Part shown: positions 27,633 through 33,248 of the stretch, piece after piece
Layout of the letters: each line of letters begins with the position of its first letter
Position numbering within the stretch: the stretch's first letter is position 1
Sequence record: SRR31156797_5992
Reading direction: 5' to 3' (one strand)
Length of the DNA stretch: 33,248 nucleotides
Program-made: the position numbers and the translations under genes
Notes under the pieces: model-generated
Databases searched by the model: none
Told to the model about the DNA's origin: nothing
Seen by the model: only the letters and a program-made list of their open reading frames with translations

Positions 27633-28475
27633 CTATGATATAACCTTTGAGAATGCTTCTTTGAGGTCGGAATAAACAGAGTAAGGGATATTCAGATCAC
27701 CCTTACCTGTACCGAGTCCGACTGAGAGCTTGTTATCACCATGATAATCACTACCACCAGCAATAAACAATTCATGCTCTTTTGCGATGTCGTAAAACAT
27801 GCCGTACTTATCCTCAGCAGTATCCGAGCACCAGACCTCTATCCCGTCGAGACCTATATCTTTAAGGAATTTTACAAATGGAGAGTAGTGCTTCTCTTCA
27901 AGGCGCAGAGTCATCGGGTGTGCGAGAATGGCCGCACCGCCAGCCTCATGTATAACATCACAAGCTTTCGCAAACTCTATCCTGTCCTTCGGTAGATAAA
28001 GACTGCCGTCAGAGCCGAGATATTTATCAAAAGCATCGTTCATATTATCAGCATAACCTTCCTTTACGAGAAAGTCAGCTATGTGCGGTCTGCCCAGCTC
28101 ACCGTCCCTCTCCGGAGAGATATCGTCAACAACAACCTTGCGCCCTACAAGATCGCTCACAAGCTCCATAAGACGCTCATTTCGTCTCCGCCTCGCATCG
28201 GTCAGTTCCTGAAGAGTTTTAATGAGTACAGGATTAGTGTGGTCTACAAAAAGACCTGTAAGATGAAACGTACCAGGCTCATAAGCGATGCTTATCTCCA
28301 CTCCGCAAACGAGCTCTATATCAGTTTCCACAGACAAAAAACTCTCTATCCCGTCAATAGTATCATGATCGGTGAGAGCGAGAGCTTCTATTCCACGTTT
28401 CTCAGCATATTTAATCAACTCCTCAGGTGTCATTGTCCCATCCGAGAAAGTCGAGTGTGTGTGTAAATCTATCAT
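27633..28475 (-). CDS. PHP domain metal-dependent phosphoesterase (YciV/TrpH-like)
   Basis: DLHTHSTFSDG, ALTDHDT, GRPHIA, LAHP, GGSDYHG. Confidence 0.92.
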   Translation of the reverse strand: MIDLHTHSTFSDGTMTPEELIKYAEKRGIEALALTDHDTIDGIESFLSVETDIELVCGVEISIAYEPGTFHLTGLFVDHTNPVLIKTLQELTDARRRRNERLMELVSDLVGRKVVVDDISPERDGELGRPHIADFLVKEGYADNMNDAFDKYLGSDGSLYLPKDRIEFAKACDVIHEAGGAAILAHPMTLRLEEKHYSPFVKFLKDIGLDGIEVWCSDTAEDKYGMFYDIAKEHELFIAGGSDYHGDNKLSVGLGTGKGDLNIPYSVYSDLKEAFSKVIS

Positions 28476-28766
28476 TTATCCCTTTCTAACGTTTAATACA
28501 TCTTTCAGAGCAAGAGTTTCAAGCATTCCGTATAAGGTAGGATTATGCGCAACCACTGATAGTGTAACATTATCCACCTTAACCAGCTTAATGAGATAAC
28601 CTATAAGGGCAGAGATTAACGACTGCGCATCTTTAAATTCTAAATCGACCTTTCCAGCATGTTCTATCTTTGCAAGCTCTATAGCAGATTTAACTGTATC
28701 ATAATCATCAAATTTCGCAACCTGACCAATAATCGTTATTTTGTTTTCATTAATAATTATTTCCAT
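28476..28766 (-). CDS. Small STAS-like hypothetical protein
   Basis: 96 aa; LEFKDAQSLISALIGYLIKL...L..MLETLAL resembles a degenerate STAS/anti-anti-sigma pattern. Confidence 0.55.
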   Translation of the reverse strand: MEIIINENKITIIGQVAKFDDYDTVKSAIELAKIEHAGKVDLEFKDAQSLISALIGYLIKLVKVDNVTLSVVAHNPTLYGMLETLALKDVLNVRKG

Positions 28767-28934
28767 TAAAATTCCCCTTAGTTCAGTTTGTCTATATAAG
28801 TATATTAAGCTTTCTGGTCATTTCGTCAACAATATGTGGCAGTTCTCCTGCTCTCATAAACAGCAACAATACAAAGTTAACATCAAAATTATTAATTTGA
28901 AATACCCAGCAACCTTTACAGCTAAAAGAAACTC

Positions 28935-28963
28935 TTGTCATTACTTATGTGAAAGTATATATT
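28935..28963 (+). promoter_or_regulatory. Putative promoter giving a leaderless transcript for the membrane protein-DUF1820-lptFG operon
   Basis: TTGTCA-17 bp-TATATT-6 nt-ATG, no SD. Confidence 0.6.
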
Positions 28964-28969
28964 TCCCCT

Positions 28970-29368
28970 ATGCAACCAGTACATTACATTTTTTATAGAG
29001 CCTGCGTAAACCTCATAGGTATAGGCTTTGCTTCAATGCTGCTTTCAGGTATTGATGTGGAAGGTTTTATGCCGTTATTTATCGCAGGGATAATACTGAC
29101 TTTCTTTCAGACATTCCTACGCCCTATCCTCGTATTCCTAACCCTGCCGTTTCAGATACTCAGCCTGGGGATTGGCTATATAATTGTTAACTCTTTCCTT
29201 TTAAAGCTTACGGCAAGTTTTCTTGATGGTTTAGTGATAACCGGATTCTGGTCGGCATTCTTCGGCGCTCTTATAATAAGTTTCATCAATATGATATTTG
29301 ATGTATTCTCCTCGAAAAGCAACGTACAGGTGCAAGTTATAAGAGGCGGAGACGACGACAATGCATAA
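28970..29368 (+). CDS. 4-TM membrane protein, YvlD/DUF360 ('phage holin family' label)
   Basis: LRPILVFLTLPFQILSLG...IVN..LL, GFWSAFFGALIIS. Start moved to ATG at 28970. Confidence 0.8.
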   Translation: MQPVHYIFYRACVNLIGIGFASMLLSGIDVEGFMPLFIAGIILTFFQTFLRPILVFLTLPFQILSLGIGYIIVNSFLLKLTASFLDGLVITGFWSAFFGALIISFINMIFDVFSSKSNVQVQVIRGGDDDNA

Positions 29369-29663
29369 GAAGCTATTTAAGATCATATTCATAGACGAAG
29401 ATAAAACCATACAGACTATCCACGCATCAGAGTTAAACCCGTCTTCTTTTCTAGGGCTGGTAGAGATTTCCGACATAGTTTTTATAGACCAGTCAGAGCT
29501 CATCATCTCACCGGATGACGGCAACCTTAAAACTAAATTTAAAAATGTCGAGAGGTCTTACCTTCCGCTTAATTCAATCGTCCGCATAGACGAGGTTATA
29601 ATAGAGAAAGAAACCCCAGTAATCAGGCTGTACAGCGAAAGCAGTGATGAAGAAATTTCATAG
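29361..29663 (+). CDS. DUF1820 family protein
   Basis: FKIIF, S.FLGLVEI....F, II.P....LK..F..V.RSYLP..SIVRIDEV. Confidence 0.75.
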   Translation: MHKKLFKIIFIDEDKTIQTIHASELNPSSFLGLVEISDIVFIDQSELIISPDDGNLKTKFKNVERSYLPLNSIVRIDEVIIEKETPVIRLYSESSDEEIS

Positions 29664-30696
29664 ATACATCCTTAAGGAAATCTTTCCTATATTTATATTA
29701 GGTAACATCTTTTTTGTCCTTCTGCTTCTGCTTGATAAATTATTGGACCTAGCCGACCTCTTCTTCACAAAGAATGTTCCGGCACTGCTTATCATACAGA
29801 CAATCATTTTTTACCTACCGTCATTTCTGGTCATAACCATCCCTACGTCTGCCATGCTGGCGGTTATCATAGGTTACGGACGGCTATCATCAGACAGTGA
29901 GATAATAGCTATGCGTGCCGCTGGAGCTGGTAAAAAGTTCTTCACTTACCCTACTCTCATATTCGGTCTGACAGCCTTTCTGCTCGGTTCGGTTATGAGC
30001 TTCTGGCTTATGCCCGCAGGGAGCATGAACGCCATAGCAAACCTCACTAAGATAGCTAAACTAGTATCTATAAAAGACCTTAAAGAGCGAGAGCTCTACA
30101 GTGAGATACCGGGGCTGGTATTCTACACCTTGGAGAAAGAGAGCGACACAAGCTACCGCAAGATGGTGATCATAGATAAAAAGCAAAACTCTGTAATCAC
30201 AGCGAACGAAGCGCAAATTCTCCCATCCGGTGACGCAGGACTTCTTATGAGCCTAAAAGACGGGCGCATAGTAAACCTTAGCGACGACGGTAAACACTCG
30301 AAAATAAACTACGACAGCTTCAAGCTGAACACCCCTCTGCTGACCGCAAGCGGATTCAGGGCTCAATCAGAAAGGATGATGGAATCATCGGAGCTTATAG
30401 ATAATTTCAACAAGGCTCCTATATACAAATTTGAATTTTCCAAACGTCTCGCAATGCCTTTTGCATCAATTGTGATGAGTATTTTCGGTATGTCACTAGG
30501 GATATTTTTCCACCGTGGCGGGCGCACTCTGGCAATACCTATAACCATAGCAGTGATAGCGGTTTACAACATACTCTTTTTCGCATCACAAAACTTTGCC
30601 ATCACAGGGAAAACAGATCCTTTCCTCGCTGCGTGGCTCCCTAATATATTATTTGCTTTCATAGCGTTCTTCTTTTACAGGAGGGCACTCAGGTGA
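29644..30696 (+). CDS. lptF: LPS export ABC transporter permease LptF
   Basis: RYILKE, GRLSSDSEIIAMRAAG, EF.KRLAMP, AAWLPN. Confidence 0.88.
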   Translation: MMKKFHRYILKEIFPIFILGNIFFVLLLLLDKLLDLADLFFTKNVPALLIIQTIIFYLPSFLVITIPTSAMLAVIIGYGRLSSDSEIIAMRAAGAGKKFFTYPTLIFGLTAFLLGSVMSFWLMPAGSMNAIANLTKIAKLVSIKDLKERELYSEIPGLVFYTLEKESDTSYRKMVIIDKKQNSVITANEAQILPSGDAGLLMSLKDGRIVNLSDDGKHSKINYDSFKLNTPLLTASGFRAQSERMMESSELIDNFNKAPIYKFEFSKRLAMPFASIVMSIFGMSLGIFFHRGGRTLAIPITIAVIAVYNILFFASQNFAITGKTDPFLAAWLPNILFAFIAFFFYRRALR

Positions 30697-31778
30697 CAAG
30701 ATTTAACTTATATGTCATAAAGTTATTCGTAAAGAATACTTTACTGGTTCAGGTTTTTGTTGCGATAATTTCCCTCATAGCAAACACCTTTCAGCACACT
30801 AAGATGCTGAGAACATATGACATATCTTTTGGTACACTCATCATATATGATCTGATGAAAACGCCTTATCTCCTTTATTCCACCATGCCGATGACAATAG
30901 TCATCTCTACCATGCTGGTGATAGTCACCCTGCTTAAAAATAATGAGCTGATAGCTTACGTCTCCCTCGGCGGAAAGATACGCAACATGGCATATCCTTT
31001 CCTCATAAGCGGGCTGTTCCTCTCTGCTCTCCTATATATATCAGTGGACGTCATAAACCCGAAAGTGATGCTTGAACGTGAGCGGTTTAAATATGAGCAA
31101 ATCGAAAATAAGAAGTTCAAAGTCTCCGGTAAGCTCTCAGATATGTGGCTCAAAGAGACGGAAGACAGCTTTATAAACATTACAGTTATGGATCCAACAG
31201 CACAAAAACTGATAGGCATTACGGAATACCACCTCGATGACAAATTTCAGGTTGATCAGATAATCACTTACGACTCTGCCGAGTTTATAAACGGAAAGTG
31301 GCTGGAGCGTAACAAAAAGGTTTACACCATGTCGCCCGTACCGAAGTTAACAAGCGATAACGCCACAATTTCAGAAGAGAGAGAGCTTTTCGATGAGCTG
31401 ACAAGCCTGCCTGTCCTTAACCCTAAATACCTATCTATCAGAGAGATAAGAAGAACATCAGACATTCTAAAAAAGCAGAATCTGAACACAGCAAAATACG
31501 ATCTTCAGCTGTATAAATCCTACTCACACGCAATCAGCGTTTTGGTTATAATCCTTGTGATTTTCCCGCTGTGCATCGGCTTTAACCGTAACCAGTCTTA
31601 CATAGTAGTAGCGTCTAAGTCACTGTTTACCGGGTTCGCATACTGGATGTTTATGGCGTCGTGTCAGTCACTCGGCAAGACAGGACTTCTTAGTCCATTC
31701 ATCGCCAGTTTTTTACCTATCGCTATCTTCATGGCGCTTGCACTGGTACTTATCTACCGTAGAGAACGTGCACTCTAG
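30693..31778 (+). CDS. lptG: LPS export ABC transporter permease LptG
   Basis: LLKNNELIA..SLG, WLKE...FINI, LG..G.LSPFIASFLP; follows lptF. Confidence 0.85.
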   Translation: MTRFNLYVIKLFVKNTLLVQVFVAIISLIANTFQHTKMLRTYDISFGTLIIYDLMKTPYLLYSTMPMTIVISTMLVIVTLLKNNELIAYVSLGGKIRNMAYPFLISGLFLSALLYISVDVINPKVMLERERFKYEQIENKKFKVSGKLSDMWLKETEDSFINITVMDPTAQKLIGITEYHLDDKFQVDQIITYDSAEFINGKWLERNKKVYTMSPVPKLTSDNATISEERELFDELTSLPVLNPKYLSIREIRRTSDILKKQNLNTAKYDLQLYKSYSHAISVLVIILVIFPLCIGFNRNQSYIVVASKSLFTGFAYWMFMASCQSLGKTGLLSPFIASFLPIAIFMALALVLIYRRERAL

Positions 31779-31784
31779 CCGTAA

Positions 31785-31903
31785 GTCATTCTGAGTCTGT
31801 ACACAGGCGTAAGAATCTCAGCCCAAAGATCATTTAACTGCTCAAACGTAATCAATTATCTATCGTCCGAGATTGCCACGTCGTTTCACTCCTCGCAATG
31901 ACG
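31785..31903. repeat. REP/RPE-like composite palindromic element
   Basis: GTCATTCTGAG...GAATCTC left half; GAGATTGCCAC...CTCGCAATGACG right half. Confidence 0.7.
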
Positions 31904-31933
31904 TTTATTTACTCTAACGGAACATTTTCCAGT

Positions 31934-31963
31934 TTGACTTCACAACCCTAGAAATGCTAATAT
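31934..31963 (+). promoter_or_regulatory. Putative sigma70 promoter of leuB
   Basis: TTGACT-18 bp-TAATAT with extended TG. Confidence 0.55.
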
Positions 31964-32004
31964 CTCTCTTTGTAAATATTCAAATTATTATGAGGAGTAT
32001 ACAT

Positions 32005-33078
32005 ATGGGTAAAGTAGCAGTTCTCCCTGGTGACGGTATAGGACCAGAGGTAATGCAGCAGGCGATCAAAGTCCTGAACAAAGTTTCTGAGAAGTATGGT
32101 AAAGATTTCGAATTCACTTTCGCTGACGTAGGCGGAATAGCGATAGATAATCACGGCACACCACTGCCGGATGCTACACTTAAGCTTTGCGAGCAGTCCG
32201 AAGCGATTCTTTTCGGTTCTGTAGGCGGTCCTAAATGGGAGACACTTCCTCCTGATCAGCAGCCAGAGCGTGGAGCACTCCTCCCTCTTCGTGCACATTT
32301 CGACCTCTTCTGCAACATCAGACCTATTAAAATTTTCAACCCGCTTAAGGGCGCTTCTTCACTTAAAGAAGAGTACATCCCTAACGGTCTCGACATAGTT
32401 TTCTTCCGTGAGCTCACAGGCGGTATCTACTTCGGTCAGCCGAAAGAGATCAGCGCAGACAGAACTTCCGGTACAGATACAATGACTTACTCCAAGCCGG
32501 AAGTAGACAGAATCTCAAGACTCGCTTTTGAGGCGGCTCAGCTTCGTAATAAGAAAGTTACATCTGTTGACAAGGCGAACGTACTTATGAACTCCATCGT
32601 CTGGAGAGAGACAGTAACAGAGCTTCACAAAGAATACTCTGACGTAGAGCTCGGTCACATGTATGTTGATAATGCGGCTATGCAGCTTGTGCGTAACCCT
32701 TCCCAGTTTGACGTAATCGTTACTGGCAACATGTTCGGAGACATCCTCTCTGATGCGGCGGCTATGCTCACAGGCTCACTCGGAATGCTTCCATCAGCAT
32801 CCATCAACGAATCAAAATTCGGTCTTTACGAGCCTATCGGCGGTACAGCTCCTGACATCGCAGGTCAGAACATAGCTAACCCTATCGCTCAGGTGCTCTC
32901 AGCGGCTCTTATGATACGCTACTCCTTCGCAATGGACGAGGCTGCTTGCGCTATCGAAGACGCAATCGAAGCTATACTTGAGGAAGGCTACAGAACAGGC
33001 GATATCTATAACGAAGGTACAGATCAGAAACTCGTTAAAACTGACGAGATGGGTGACCTCATCGCCAGCAGAATATAG
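32005..33078 (+). CDS. leuB: 3-isopropylmalate dehydrogenase
   Basis: [49 protein letters not shown]. Start ATG at 32005 after GAGGAG. Confidence 0.97.
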   Translation: MGKVAVLPGDGIGPEVMQQAIKVLNKVSEKYGKDFEFTFADVGGIAIDNHGTPLPDATLKLCEQSEAILFGSVGGPKWETLPPDQQPERGALLPLRAHFDLFCNIRPIKIFNPLKGASSLKEEYIPNGLDIVFFRELTGGIYFGQPKEISADRTSGTDTMTYSKPEVDRISRLAFEAAQLRNKKVTSVDKANVLMNSIVWRETVTELHKEYSDVELGHMYVDNAAMQLVRNPSQFDVIVTGNMFGDILSDAAAMLTGSLGMLPSASINESKFGLYEPIGGTAPDIAGQNIANPIAQVLSAALMIRYSFAMDEAACAIEDAIEAILEEGYRTGDIYNEGTDQKLVKTDEMGDLIASRI

Positions 33079-33170
33079 TCGCTTAAGAGCGACAACCAAA
33101 GCACAATACTGTGAATGTACACTGTGCTGATACGTTTTACGCATCACGATGTGATGCTGATTTACTAACA

Positions 33171-33206
33171 AAAAAAGGCTGCTCAAATGAGTAGCCTTTA
33201 CTTTTT
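33171..33206. terminator. Bidirectional intrinsic terminator after leuB
   Basis: A-tract, GGCTGCTC-AAAT-GAGTAGCC, TTTACTTTTT. Confidence 0.75.
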
Positions 33207-33215
33207 ACAAAATAT

Positions 33216-33248
33216 CGTCATTGCGAGCAAGGCAGCGCCTTGAGGCAA
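33216..33248. repeat. Second REP/RPE-like element, truncated by the window end
   Basis: CGTCATTGCGAG-CAAGGC-AGC-GCCTTG-AGGCAA. The first 12 nt are the exact reverse complement of 31892-31903. Confidence 0.7.

Noticed and set aside
28970-29368. 'Phage holin' label as evidence of a prophage
   Set aside because: YvlD/DUF360 proteins are common chromosomal genes, and no endolysin, integrase or structural genes are nearby
31904-32004. Leucine attenuator before leuB
   Set aside because: No Leu-rich leader peptide or terminator. The upstream in-frame ATG at 31954 lies inside the predicted promoter.
758-33186. Many alternative-frame and antisense ORFs in the track (e.g. 11944-12519, 16191-16847, 10923-11351, 32899-33186)
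   Set aside because: They overlap well-supported genes, show no family motifs, and are expected shadows of codon bias
1-33248. CRISPR array, IS element or defence island
   Set aside because: No regularly spaced repeats, transposase or nuclease/defence motifs were seen. The window is almost wholly housekeeping genes.

Overview
A core-genome, mostly minus-strand housekeeping region from a flagellated diderm bacterium. Gene content and sequence style suggest a Deferribacterota (Denitrovibrio/Geovibrio-like) organism, which is inference only. Gene order: SWIM Zn-finger protein, recG, cheW, panDCB, XRE-cupin regulator, gamma-carbonic anhydrase, an AT-rich ABC-F ATPase, LysM lipoprotein, aspS, hisS, CMK-like protein, folK, plsC, an atypical disulfide-oxidoreductase-family flavoprotein, ahcY, metK, DUF465, rimI, tsaB, MBL hydrolase, dtd, murJ, ihfB, two small flagellar-operon proteins, fliS, fliD, HAD, PHP, STAS-like, 4TM membrane protein, DUF1820, lptF, lptG, leuB. 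I saw no CRISPR array, tRNA, rRNA, transposase or prophage. Best signals: (1) a translational attenuator, where a 6-codon uORF pairs over the SD and AUG of the ABC-F gene; (2) a small protein after fliS that looks like a stand-alone flagellin C-terminal (D0) tail; (3) a pan RNA motif with a candidate expression platform; (4) a Lpd-like flavoprotein lacking both catalytic cysteines; (5) four apparent leaderless genes; (6) a palindromic bidirectional murJ/ihfB promoter; (7) REP/RPE-like palindromes flanking leuB. All calls come from reading the sequence by eye; no database search was run.
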